Of a DNA stretch of 64,000 bases, positions 51,937 to 61,669 are shown piece by piece (position 1 is the first letter of the stretch; each line of letters opens with the position of its first letter). The position numbers were made by a program, and so were the translations under genes. Source of the DNA: Firmicutes bacterium CAG:194 (GTDB taxonomy: Bacteria; Bacillota; Clostridia; Lachnospirales; Lachnospiraceae); NCBI GenBank assembly GCA_000432915.1, contig HF995233.1, positions 100,637 to 164,636 on the forward strand. Direction: 5' to 3'. The notes beneath the pieces were generated by a model. It did not search any database. It was not told where the DNA came from and saw nothing but the letters and a program-made list of their open reading frames with translations.

Positions 51937-52446
51937 TTATGCATAATTCCCGCAATGTAAAACCGGGGTTTTGTGATCTGTCTGCTGGAGGGATTTCTGC
52001 ACATCGATCACGCGCTGGTTGCTGCTTCCCTTCCAGCGAAGCTTTGTATCGCGCAGCTCTTCCACATATTCGCCGTCTACCAGTACATTGACATATTTCA
52101 TGACCGGATCATGCATCACGTTTTCCCAGACATCACCGGTGTAAAGCCAGATTGTCTTATTTGGAAATTTCTCGTGGATCTCTGTCATAAGAGTACGGAC
52201 TCCTACACGGTTTGCTGCATGCAGTGGGTCTCCGCCGGAAAATGTAATTCCGGAAATATACGGTTTGGAAAGCTGGTCAAAGATCTCTTCCTTTGCCGCA
52301 TCATCAAATTCCAGTCCGCCATTCGGATCCCATGTCACAGGATTCTGACAGCCCTTGCAGCAATGGCTGCAGCCTGCCACCCATAATACAACTCGCAGAC
52401 CATCGCCATTCAGCATATCATCTTTGGTAATATTATGATATCTCAT
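51937..52446 (-). CDS. nrdG: Anaerobic ribonucleoside-triphosphate reductase activating protein (radical SAM)
   Basis: GCSHCCKGCQNP cluster motif. Confidence 0.9.
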   Translation of the reverse strand: MRYHNITKDDMLNGDGLRVVLWVAGCSHCCKGCQNPVTWDPNGGLEFDDAAKEEIFDQLSKPYISGITFSGGDPLHAANRVGVRTLMTEIHEKFPNKTIWLYTGDVWENVMHDPVMKYVNVLVDGEYVEELRDTKLRWKGSSNQRVIDVQKSLQQTDHKTPVLHCGNYA

Positions 52447-54635
52447 TACATACTCTTCCTTTCTGCGATCTCTGCCATTTTAGCATCAGATAATCTGGTA
52501 TCTCCATGTACACGGGAATATGCCAGATAGCCGTTCATACGGTCGATCTTTGTCAGATTCCGACTGCCGCATTTCGGGCATACGTCCATTTCCAGTTCCT
52601 GATGTCCACAGTCATCACAGTAAGCAAGTGACATATTGACGCCTTCATAAAAGCCCATATCCATCGCACGGTGGATCAGCGACTTGATCGCTTCCAGATT
52701 GTAATCGATCGGATATTTGACATACTGGATCTTGCCACCGTTGCAAAGCTCCCAGAAACGATATTCCTTATCCTGCTTTTCGATCGGTGTGATATTCTCC
52801 GTTACATGGCAGTGGAAGCTGTTGGATACATATTCCCTGTCGGAAACACCTTCCACAATACCATATTTGGCACGGAACTGTTTTACCTGCAGACCGCAGA
52901 GGTTTTCAGCCGGTGTTCCGTAGATCGCATACAGATTGCCATCTTCTTTTTTGAACTCATTTACTTTGTCATTGATATGCTCCAGTACTTCCAGTGCAAA
53001 TTCACCGTCTTCCACAAGAGATTTTCCGTTATACAGCTCCTGCAGCTCGTTAAATGCCGTAATACCAAAGGATGCGGTTGCACTCTTTAAGATCGGTTTG
53101 ATCTTATCATGCAGCTGCAGATGTCCGCCTAAAAAGCCTCCTTCACAATAGGCAAGCGGATTGGTGGATGCACGCATCTCACCCAGGTATGCATAGGTTC
53201 TGATATGCAGGTTACGGATCAGATTCAGATAATAATCCAGTACTTCATAGAAGTCCTTGTTTTCCTGTCTGGATTTTGCAAGGATCATAGGTAAGTGCAG
53301 GGAAACCGCACCAATATTAAAACGACCAACGAATACAGGTTCATCCTGATCATCTGCCGGATACATACCGCCTCTTTCATACCATGGAGAAAGGAATGCA
53401 CGACAACCCATCGGGGAAATGACCTTGCCATACTGCTTATACATGCTTGCAATATAGCCCTTGCCGGTCAGAGACAGCCAGTCCGGATACATGGTCTTGG
53501 CAGAACATTTCACGCCTGCTTCAAACACATCTTCCAGCGGCTTGCCCGGTCCATGCAGGTTCTCATCATATAAAAATACGATCTTCGGGAATAATACCGG
53601 CTTCTTACATTCTTTCTTGCCCTGTCCACGTCTTCTGACATTCAAAAGGGAAATCGTTGCAAGCTTTGCAAATCTGCCTGTTCCGATACCTGCTGTTACC
53701 GTGATGAACGGATAATCGCCACGGCTTGAAGCTACGGTATTGAATTTATATTCCCAGCCCTGAAAGCCCTGTTCAAATTCGCGCACAACGTCTGCGTAGG
53801 CTTCTGACTCTGCTGTTTCCCGGTCGATGCCGAGACGTACATATTTATCAATATCTCTCTGGTAGGATTTTTCCGCATACGGCTCTAAAATCTTATCTAC
53901 CTCGGGTACGGTAAAACCACCATACTGCTGGGAGGCTGCGGAAAGCACGATATCACCGATGACATCAAATGCCACATCCAGTGTCTTCGGCTCGTTATAC
54001 CAGATATTACCCATTTCAAAGCCGCCCTTTAAGACGCTTGCCACATCAAACAGACAGCAGTTCATCGTATCACGTCTTGCGGACATATCATGTACATAAA
54101 TATAACCGTCACGACATGCCTGGATTTCTTCCGTTGTCATGAAGAATTTCTGATACAGCTCTTTGTTGAACTGGTTGAAGATCAGACTTCTCTTTGTGGA
54201 TACCAAAGCGGAGTCCGTATTGGCATTTTCTTTATCTCCCACATACATGATGGACTGACTCTTTTTATATACATCGTCCATCATCTTAACAAAATCCTGC
54301 TTATAATTGCGGTAATCACGGTAGGATTTGGCTACGATCGGCTTTACATCCTCCAGTGCACTTTCCACAATATTGTGCATGATCGGGATTGGGATCTCAT
54401 CTGTCTCCAGCTCATCCACTTTATTCACAACATACTGGCAGATATGCTTCTTTTCATCCTCTGTAAACTTTGTCAGCGCACGATATGCAGACTTTCCGAC
54501 TGCATCAATGACCTTCTGGACATTAAATCTTTCCAGACTGCCATCCTTTTTGATAACCTTTACATCCTTCTGCGGATGATAAAGCTTTCCATATTCAACC
54601 TCGTCTCTGCTCTGTTCCATTACCTCGTTTGTCAT
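52446..54635 (-). CDS. nrdD: Anaerobic ribonucleoside-triphosphate reductase (class III). The start is uncertain (ATG at 54635 or TTG at 54665).
   Basis: ATP-cone at the N-terminus, a C-terminal Zn ribbon (CDDCGH...CPKCGS) and the glycyl-radical region. Confidence 0.9.
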   Translation of the reverse strand: MTNEVMEQSRDEVEYGKLYHPQKDVKVIKKDGSLERFNVQKVIDAVGKSAYRALTKFTEDEKKHICQYVVNKVDELETDEIPIPIMHNIVESALEDVKPIVAKSYRDYRNYKQDFVKMMDDVYKKSQSIMYVGDKENANTDSALVSTKRSLIFNQFNKELYQKFFMTTEEIQACRDGYIYVHDMSARRDTMNCCLFDVASVLKGGFEMGNIWYNEPKTLDVAFDVIGDIVLSAASQQYGGFTVPEVDKILEPYAEKSYQRDIDKYVRLGIDRETAESEAYADVVREFEQGFQGWEYKFNTVASSRGDYPFITVTAGIGTGRFAKLATISLLNVRRRGQGKKECKKPVLFPKIVFLYDENLHGPGKPLEDVFEAGVKCSAKTMYPDWLSLTGKGYIASMYKQYGKVISPMGCRAFLSPWYERGGMYPADDQDEPVFVGRFNIGAVSLHLPMILAKSRQENKDFYEVLDYYLNLIRNLHIRTYAYLGEMRASTNPLAYCEGGFLGGHLQLHDKIKPILKSATASFGITAFNELQELYNGKSLVEDGEFALEVLEHINDKVNEFKKEDGNLYAIYGTPAENLCGLQVKQFRAKYGIVEGVSDREYVSNSFHCHVTENITPIEKQDKEYRFWELCNGGKIQYVKYPIDYNLEAIKSLIHRAMDMGFYEGVNMSLAYCDDCGHQELEMDVCPKCGSRNLTKIDRMNGYLAYSRVHGDTRLSDAKMAEIAERKSM

Positions 54636-54867
54636 TATAAAACTCAACCTCTCTTTAAAAAACAAGCGGCCAGCTTTGACCGTCTATCTACATAATATAG
54701 CATTTTGATACATCCGCAAAAGCTATATCTTGTGGTGTACAGTTACTAAGTATAAAAGAAACCGCCCTGCCTGTCAACGAATCCATATCAATAATAATGC
54801 ACAAAATTAAAAGCATTATTTTAGCAGGATTACCACTTGTCAGATCGAACGGTTTCTGCTAGCTGCA

Positions 54868-55875
54868 CTATTTGCTTCTTTCCTTTTCCTGATATACATG
54901 CAGAATGCCCTGTATATAGGCTTTGTATTCTTCTCTTACATAGGCAGGTGCAACGATCTCTATCTCTGCACCCAGACCTGTCAGCCATCCATAAAACTGC
55001 TGGGACAATGATAGCCGGACACGCATGGTATAGTTGCCGTCTGCCAGCTTTCTGACACTGACATCCTGACCAAACCGGTCAAAAAGAACACCTGCGATCG
55101 ACTGGTCATAACGCAGCGTAACAATTTCCTCGTTTCCTGCAAACATACCGAATTTCTCTTCCGTATAAACAGCCGGATTGACCCTGGCTGCCACCTCTGT
55201 TCCTTCCCTGTTATGCTCTGAAACAGATAATGCCTGTATCTTATCCACACGGTAATGCTTCATGATCTGTGCTTTCGCATCATAAGCAACCAGATAATAA
55301 TTTTCATCCCGCCAGATCAGAAAATACGGACTGACTTCATAAAATGCTCCACTATGTCTGCACTTCTTTTTGCCATCTGCCGTCCATTCCAGATACTGAA
55401 ATCTGACCTGTCTGTTTTTCTGCATTGACTCGTGCAGTCGATCGATCGTTTCATAAATTGTTTCATTATCCGTTTTGTTCCGGTCTGACACATAAACCTG
55501 TCTGTTGAGCTGCTTCGCCTCAAACGGACTAGCCAGTGTTTCCAGCTTACTGATCAGCTGCCTTGATTTCTTTACCGTGATCAGGCGGGAAGCCTGCACC
55601 GCATCTGTCAAAAGTTTCAGCTCTGGCAGTTCAAAGCTGCGGTTTTTCAGATAATAACCGCCGTTTGCTCTTGCCCGGACACAGACGATCTCGTAGCCAA
55701 GCTCTTTCAGGGCACTGATATCCGCATATACACTTTTCCGCTCTGCAGGGATTCCGTAGCCTTCCAGCCTGTCTATGATCTGCTGTGTCTTCAGCAGATG
55801 CTTTTCATCTGAATTTTCCTGCAGGATTTTCAATATATAAAGTGCTTTTAATCTCTGTCCGTTTCCTTTTGCCAT
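54868..55875 (-). CDS. HTH plus WYL-domain transcriptional regulator (YafY/PafBC-like)
   Basis: N-terminal wHTH pattern (RLKALYILKILQ...TQQIIDRLEGYGIPAERKSVYADISALKELGYEI) and a central WYL-like region (YYLVAYDAKAQIMKHYRVDKI). Confidence 0.6.
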   Translation of the reverse strand: MAKGNGQRLKALYILKILQENSDEKHLLKTQQIIDRLEGYGIPAERKSVYADISALKELGYEIVCVRARANGGYYLKNRSFELPELKLLTDAVQASRLITVKKSRQLISKLETLASPFEAKQLNRQVYVSDRNKTDNETIYETIDRLHESMQKNRQVRFQYLEWTADGKKKCRHSGAFYEVSPYFLIWRDENYYLVAYDAKAQIMKHYRVDKIQALSVSEHNREGTEVAARVNPAVYTEEKFGMFAGNEEIVTLRYDQSIAGVLFDRFGQDVSVRKLADGNYTMRVRLSLSQQFYGWLTGLGAEIEIVAPAYVREEYKAYIQGILHVYQEKERSK

Positions 55876-56618
55876 AAAAAAGCCTCCAACTGGGAAAGAT
55901 GATCGATCACATAGGTACTTGCACCTGCTTTTCGTTCCGTTTTCGCCGGATCATACAGGCAGCAGTCCACGCCTGCATTTTTGGCAAGCTGCATATCCGA
56001 TGTCATGGAATCACCGATCACAAGGATCCTGTCTTTTGGCACATCCACACCTTCTGCCCGGATCTTTTCCATGCACGTCTCAAAAAAACGGATATCAGGC
56101 TTATTATAACCGATTTCCTCTGAAATAAAGATCTGCCGCATAACCTTGTCAAAGCCTGCCAGCTTCAGCTTATTTGTCTGCGTCCACGTCACACCGTTTG
56201 TAATGATATACTGATAAAAGCCTTCTTCTTTCAGCTTTTGGCAAAGTGTCAGGGAATCCTCCTGATAAAAATAGACACTGCCCAGTCCATGCTGGTATTT
56301 TGCCCGGAAATCCTCTATATCGATGTCTGCAAGTGTTTCATAGGCTATCCCTTTCTCCGCAAACCGTTCTCCCGGCGCAAACAGCGCAAATAACTGGGTA
56401 AAACGGTTACGCAATACTTCAAGCCTTGTCACTTCTCCTTTTTCCAGTTTCTTCCAGAGTGCCAGATTGATCTCGGAATAGGTCTGGTAGATCTCCTCAT
56501 CGATTGTGATATCATAGGCTGCAAATGCCTGAAATAAGGCTTCCCGCTCGGAAGCCAGAAAATTTAATAAGGTTCCGTCTACATCCCATAGCAGGATGTC
56601 ATATTTTTTCTGCCGCAT
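55848..56618 (-). CDS. HAD-IA family hydrolase (YjjG-like nucleotidase)
   Basis: DVDGTL motif I, and the ITNG and IGDS motifs. Confidence 0.75.
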   Translation of the reverse strand: MRQKKYDILLWDVDGTLLNFLASEREALFQAFAAYDITIDEEIYQTYSEINLALWKKLEKGEVTRLEVLRNRFTQLFALFAPGERFAEKGIAYETLADIDIEDFRAKYQHGLGSVYFYQEDSLTLCQKLKEEGFYQYIITNGVTWTQTNKLKLAGFDKVMRQIFISEEIGYNKPDIRFFETCMEKIRAEGVDVPKDRILVIGDSMTSDMQLAKNAGVDCCLYDPAKTERKAGASTYVIDHLSQLEAFLWQKETDRD

Positions 56619-56649
56619 AGTTACCTCTTTCAGCGTCGTTTGATTTCCT

Positions 56650-56690
56650 TCCTCACTACAAAATGAGGTGCTCTGTAAAGAGCACCTCTC
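56650..56690 (-). terminator. Intrinsic terminator ending the long minus-strand operon
   Basis: On the minus strand: GAGGTGCTCTTTACAGAGCACCTC followed by ATTTTGT. Confidence 0.6.
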
Positions 56691-56694
56691 TCAT

Positions 56695-56871
56695 TTAAAC
56701 CTCTGCTGTATCTGTTTTTCCCTCCGCAGCCTCCTGCGTTTCTTCTTTGGCGTCTTTTGTCTTCCAGCATTTGATTCCTACGAACATGCCCGCCGCTGCA
56801 ACACATACGATTACTGCCATCAGTACAATATAAGAAAAAAACGAATTTAAAAACAAGATCAGATTATTCAA
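56695..56871 (-). CDS. Putative small membrane protein (58 aa, TTG start)
   Basis: AGGAG sits 9 nt before the TTG. One TM helix. Lies between rnhA and the terminator. Confidence 0.25.
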   Translation of the reverse strand: MNNLILFLNSFFSYIVLMAVIVCVAAAGMFVGIKCWKTKDAKEETQEAAEGKTDTAEV

Positions 56872-56917
56872 AATAACTACCTCCTATGAGTGCCAGTCTA
56901 TGGACATATCTTACCAC

Positions 56918-57391
56918 TTATTCATAAACATCGTCAAGTAAGTTTGTGCCGTCCGCCGCAGTTGTTGCCAGCTTATCGCAGCGTTCGTTTTCCGGATGTC
57001 CCGCATGTCCCTTAACCCATATAAAATGTACCTGATGCTGCGCCTTCGCAGCCAGAAGTCTCTTCCACAGATCCACGTTTTTTACCGCTTTTTTTTGGGA
57101 ATTCTTCCAGTTGTTTTTCAGCCAGCCATCGATCCAGTGATCGTTAAACGCCTTTACCAGATACTGGGAATCGGAATACAGATCCACCTCACAGGGGCGG
57201 TTCAACGCCTCCAGCCCGATAATGGCTGCCATCAGCTCCATTCGGTTATTGGTTGTCTTTTTATATCCTGCGCTGTATTCGCGTTCATGCAATGTCCCAC
57301 TCTGATCGATATACTGCAGGACTGTTCCGTATCCGCCCGGTCCATCCGGGTTTCCGCGTGCAGCTCCGTCTGTATAAATCGTTACTTTCAT
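56918..57391 (-). CDS. rnhA: Ribonuclease HI
   Basis: [22 protein letters not shown], and the DEDD catalytic residues. Confidence 0.9.
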   Translation of the reverse strand: MKVTIYTDGAARGNPDGPGGYGTVLQYIDQSGTLHEREYSAGYKKTTNNRMELMAAIIGLEALNRPCEVDLYSDSQYLVKAFNDHWIDGWLKNNWKNSQKKAVKNVDLWKRLLAAKAQHQVHFIWVKGHAGHPENERCDKLATTAADGTNLLDDVYE

Positions 57392-59058
57392 TTACTCCAT
57401 TCTCCCTGTTCTATAAAATCGGATGCCCGCTTTTCGGCTCTTTGTATCAGTGCTTCTTCATAACCGAGCATCTGCAGAAGTCTGATCGCATTTCTGCTGT
57501 TTGCCCTGCCCTGACAGAGCTGATACGGGAAGCTGATCTCATTATTTTCGATCCGTTCCTCAAAATGATAATTCTCATATGCATCTTCCAAAAGCTTCGT
57601 CAGTTCGACATCATGTGTGGCTGCAAAGCTGAAAATATGATCTTCTGCCAGACTCTTTAAGATCTCGGTCGATGCGGCGATCCGCTCTACCGTATTGGTA
57701 CCGCGCAGTACCTCATCCACAAAACACATGACAGGATGCTTCTTTTCCTTTCCTGCATCAATGATGCGCTTTAAGGATTTGATCTCCACCATAAAATAGC
57801 TGCTGCTTGTTGCCAGATCATCCCGCAGTGCCATAGAAGTATACACGGCATAAAAATCCGTCTGATAGCTGTCAGCCGGAACTGTATAGATCGTCTGTGC
57901 CAGAATCTGGGAAAGTGCCACCGTCTTTAAGAAAGTAGATTTACCGGATGCATTGGAACCGGTCAGCAGCATACCTTTTGTAAGCGTTACGGAATTGGCG
58001 ACAGGATCTTTGATCAGCGGATGATACAGTTTTCTTGCACATAAGCCCTTCTGTCCAAATTCCGGAAGAGTATAATCAGGCAGGCTGCTCCGGTAAGCAC
58101 CGATCGAGATCATTGCTTCAATATAACCCATTGTCTCGATGATCCGAATCATGTCCTGCTTATATTTTTTTGCTTCCCGCAGCATCGTATTAAATTTGAT
58201 CAGGTTCACATGCAGTCCCATCCGCAGATAATCCATTACCACATCAATCGGATTCCCCGACATACTGTTCTGCTGCATCAGCACAGAAGAAAAGCGGCGG
58301 AATTTTTTAAATTTTGCCCGTCCTGCAGCGATCTGTTCCATCCATGGCTTTAATATCTCGATCGGATGCGCAGAAAACTCCTCTGTCACTTTTAAAATCC
58401 GGATAAAATAAGCAAAAGTCGTGATATACGGATCTATTTCCTTTTTCTGTTTAAAATATGTGACCATATTGATGCATAACAGCACACAAAGAACTAAAAG
58501 CCCATAGCCCGAATTGAAAAAGCAAAGGATCACTGCCATTGCAATCAGTCCCAGCATCAGATAATGTGACCGGTTACTGCCCTGCTCTACATCATCCAGA
58601 TAGGCAATATAATCATAAATAGAATATTTGCCTGTTCTTCCGATTTTGGCAAAGAGCATCTGCATTGTCACTCTGTCATCCGGATGCAGCATAAAATACC
58701 TGATCAGCGTTTCGCGTTCCTTAAGTGTATCTTCTTCAAATACCGGACAGCGCAGCATCGTATAAAGAGATTCTTCCCCTGCTGCAGACAAGGTAAAATC
58801 CATGCTTTGAAATACCCGGTCCAGATCCAGATCGTTCCAGGTGATGGCATCGATCGCATCTTCCGTCTTTTTATTTTGAAAATGTCCGGCGATCGTTTTC
58901 AGCCTGCCTTCCTGGTATTTTTTCGTAGAAGGCTTTCCGTAATTTTCTGTCAGGCTTTTTTTCAGATTGCGCCATAATTTCTTTTCTTCCAGACTGCATC
59001 TGATCAGATAGATCACAAATAAGATCAGAAGTGCTGCTGCGAGTATCAGATATTCCAT
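57388..59058 (-). CDS. MutS-related ABC-type ATPase (MutS domain V only) with N-terminal transmembrane helices
   Basis: [12 protein letters not shown] Walker A and the MutS domain-V region. Three predicted TM helices in the first ~200 aa. The stop overlaps the rnhA start (ATGA). Confidence 0.65.
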   Translation of the reverse strand: MEYLILAAALLILFVIYLIRCSLEEKKLWRNLKKSLTENYGKPSTKKYQEGRLKTIAGHFQNKKTEDAIDAITWNDLDLDRVFQSMDFTLSAAGEESLYTMLRCPVFEEDTLKERETLIRYFMLHPDDRVTMQMLFAKIGRTGKYSIYDYIAYLDDVEQGSNRSHYLMLGLIAMAVILCFFNSGYGLLVLCVLLCINMVTYFKQKKEIDPYITTFAYFIRILKVTEEFSAHPIEILKPWMEQIAAGRAKFKKFRRFSSVLMQQNSMSGNPIDVVMDYLRMGLHVNLIKFNTMLREAKKYKQDMIRIIETMGYIEAMISIGAYRSSLPDYTLPEFGQKGLCARKLYHPLIKDPVANSVTLTKGMLLTGSNASGKSTFLKTVALSQILAQTIYTVPADSYQTDFYAVYTSMALRDDLATSSSYFMVEIKSLKRIIDAGKEKKHPVMCFVDEVLRGTNTVERIAASTEILKSLAEDHIFSFAATHDVELTKLLEDAYENYHFEERIENNEISFPYQLCQGRANSRNAIRLLQMLGYEEALIQRAEKRASDFIEQGEWSK

Positions 59059-59069
59059 AGTGTCTCCAT

Positions 59070-60374
59070 TTATTCCTGTCTAAGTCTGTCTGCGATTTCG
59101 TTAGCCTTTGCATACAGCTTTTCGGGATCTTCCCCGATGAAGAACTTTCCATCCTCATACAGGATCTTTCCATCGATCATCGTCATTTTTACATTCTGCT
59201 TACTGCCGCTGTAGACAATATTCTTTGCTATATTGTTGATCGGCTGCATATTCGGCTGGTGCATATCGATCATGATCAGATCCGCATATTTCCCCGGTGC
59301 CAGCACATCACTGTCTGTAAGTCCCATTGCCTTTGCGCCGTTGACTGTAGCCATCTTCAAAACTTCAATGGCATCCGTACTTGCCGCATCCATATCCCGG
59401 TATTTGGCAAGTCCCGTGACAAGGAACATTTCCCGGAACATATCCAGACAGTTATTGGAGCCTGCACCGTCTGTACCGATTGCAACCGGAATGCCTTCTT
59501 TTAAAAAGCGGCTGACCGGTGCGATGCCGCTTGCCAGCTTCAGATTGGAAGCCGGATTTGTCACTGCTGTCAGCTTCTTTTCTTTAAAGATCTCAATGTC
59601 TTTATCGTCCATATAAACGCAATGATATCCACCGCCACCGTAGTCAAACAGCCCCAGATCATTTAACAGCTGTGTTGGTGTCATACCGTATCTTTCTTTG
59701 CATTCCTCTACCTCCCGCTTTGTTTCGGCAAGATGAGTAAAGAATGGCGCCTTATGTCTTTTGACGATCTCAGCAACCTGCAAAAGCAGTTCCTTCGGGC
59801 AGGTATATTCTGCATGGATGCCCAGCATATAAGAAGAAAGGCTGTTCACTCCGTTCAGCTTCAGGAAACGCTCTTCCATGACCTCCGGTGTAGGACCGAA
59901 CATATTCAGTCCGCTGACCTGCACATTACGCATCCCACATTCCGTATACGCATTGATGATCGTTTCCGGTGTCAGATACATATCAAACACAGCCGTAATA
60001 CCGCTTGTCAGATATTCCAGTACAGACATTTTTGTCAGCTCATATACATCTTCCCCCGTCATTTTGGCTTCTACCGGGAAAATCCGTTTTTCCAGCCAGC
60101 CCTGCAGCGGCTCATCATCCGCGATCGAACGAAACAGTACCATCGCAGAATGGGCATGGGCATCCTTAAAACCGGGCATTAACAGATTACCCTCACAGTC
60201 GATCTCCCGATCCCACAGGATTGTCTGCAGCCCGCTCTTTTCATAAACAGTTTCGATTTCTTCATCCGGTCCGACATAAACGATTTTCTGTCCGCTGACC
60301 CAAAGCTGTCCTTCCGTTACCTGCACAGGCTCTTCCATGGTCAGGATCTTTGCATTATAAAATCTGATATTCAT
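59070..60374 (-). CDS. Amidohydrolase, MtaD-like 5-methylthioadenosine/S-adenosylhomocysteine deaminase family
   Basis: LMPGFKDAHAHS metal-binding motif. Confidence 0.75.
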   Translation of the reverse strand: MNIRFYNAKILTMEEPVQVTEGQLWVSGQKIVYVGPDEEIETVYEKSGLQTILWDREIDCEGNLLMPGFKDAHAHSAMVLFRSIADDEPLQGWLEKRIFPVEAKMTGEDVYELTKMSVLEYLTSGITAVFDMYLTPETIINAYTECGMRNVQVSGLNMFGPTPEVMEERFLKLNGVNSLSSYMLGIHAEYTCPKELLLQVAEIVKRHKAPFFTHLAETKREVEECKERYGMTPTQLLNDLGLFDYGGGGYHCVYMDDKDIEIFKEKKLTAVTNPASNLKLASGIAPVSRFLKEGIPVAIGTDGAGSNNCLDMFREMFLVTGLAKYRDMDAASTDAIEVLKMATVNGAKAMGLTDSDVLAPGKYADLIMIDMHQPNMQPINNIAKNIVYSGSKQNVKMTMIDGKILYEDGKFFIGEDPEKLYAKANEIADRLRQE

Positions 60375-60399
60375 TCTTCTCTGTTTCTCACTTTCCTTG

Positions 60400-60816
60400 T
60401 CATTGTAAATTTGCTCTTCCGAATCCCTCCGGCAAAAGCTCTTTTAATGTATATACCTTATATTCTGTCTCACTTTTTGCCACGATGATCTCAAAATCAG
60501 GCTCACAGAATTCCATCATAACCTGCCTGCAGACACCGCATGGCGCAGCATAATCATGCTCGCCTTCTTTACCGCCCGTGATCGCGATCGCGGCAAATTC
60601 CAGTTGTCCTTCGCTAACTGCTTTGAAGATCGCTGTCCGCTCCGCGCAGTTGCTCGGTCCATACGCCGCATTTTCGATATTACAGCCACTGTAAATCTTT
60701 CCATCCTTTGTCAAAAGGGCTGCGCCGACCTGAAAATGTGAATACGGCGAATAGGAAAAAGTCCGCGCGGTTAACGCCTGTGCAATCAGCTGTCTGATTT
60801 TTTCTGTTTCTAACAT
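60400..60816 (-). CDS. cdd: Cytidine deaminase
   Basis: CAERTAIF and PCGVCRQ zinc motifs. Confidence 0.9.
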   Translation of the reverse strand: MLETEKIRQLIAQALTARTFSYSPYSHFQVGAALLTKDGKIYSGCNIENAAYGPSNCAERTAIFKAVSEGQLEFAAIAITGGKEGEHDYAAPCGVCRQVMMEFCEPDFEIIVAKSETEYKVYTLKELLPEGFGRANLQ

Positions 60817-60817
60817 A

Positions 60818-61669
60818 TTATACCTCACCAAACCGGATCACACTCTCCGTTACCAGCTTTTTGAATTTCGGTGCTGCTTCATTTGCCGCTTCCTGTACTT
60901 CCTTATGGGAAAGCGGCACTTTGGAAATACCCGCCGCCGGATTGCAGACACAGGAAATGCCGCATACACGCATTCCAAAGTGGACTGCGGCGATCGCTTC
61001 CACAGCGGTGGACATACCGACTGCATCCGCGCCCAGAATACCTGCCATCTTTACCTCTGCAGGTGTTTCATAGGAAGGACCTGTAAACTGGATATAAACA
61101 CCCTCCTGCAGCAGGATCTGTTGTTCTTTTGCCACGCTGCGGATCACATCGGAAAGCGCCGGATCATATACATGACTCATATCCGGGAATCTGACACCCG
61201 GCTCTAAATTTGGTCCGATCAGCGGATTCGGTACAAAAGTCGCGATATGATCTGTGATCAGCATCAGATCTCCTGCATGAAATGCCGGATTGATCCCACC
61301 GGATGCATTGGTCAGAAACAGGATCTTCGCGCCCAGAAGCTGCATCAGCCGTGTTGGCAGCACAACATCCGAGATCGGATAGCCTTCATAATAATGGACA
61401 CGTCCTTTCATACAGACAACCGGAACCGTTCCGACATATCCAAAGATAAATTTGCCTGCATGCCCCGGAACCGTCGATACCGGAAATCCCTCGATCTCCT
61501 TATAGTCGATCTCCGCTTCCACCTGAATGCCATCTGCATAATCCCCCAGACCGGAACCAAGTACGATCGCTACCTGTGGCACAAAATCTGTCTTTTCCCT
61601 GACAGAGCAAAGACATTTCTGTAATTTTTCAGATACCTCATTCCTCATAGCCTTCCTCCTGTTCTTCAT
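60818..61669 (-). CDS. punA: Purine nucleoside phosphorylase (PNP family, PunA-like)
   Basis: VAIVLGSGLG and the PNP_UDP fold. Confidence 0.85.
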   Translation of the reverse strand: MKNRRKAMRNEVSEKLQKCLCSVREKTDFVPQVAIVLGSGLGDYADGIQVEAEIDYKEIEGFPVSTVPGHAGKFIFGYVGTVPVVCMKGRVHYYEGYPISDVVLPTRLMQLLGAKILFLTNASGGINPAFHAGDLMLITDHIATFVPNPLIGPNLEPGVRFPDMSHVYDPALSDVIRSVAKEQQILLQEGVYIQFTGPSYETPAEVKMAGILGADAVGMSTAVEAIAAVHFGMRVCGISCVCNPAAGISKVPLSHKEVQEAANEAAPKFKKLVTESVIRFGEV

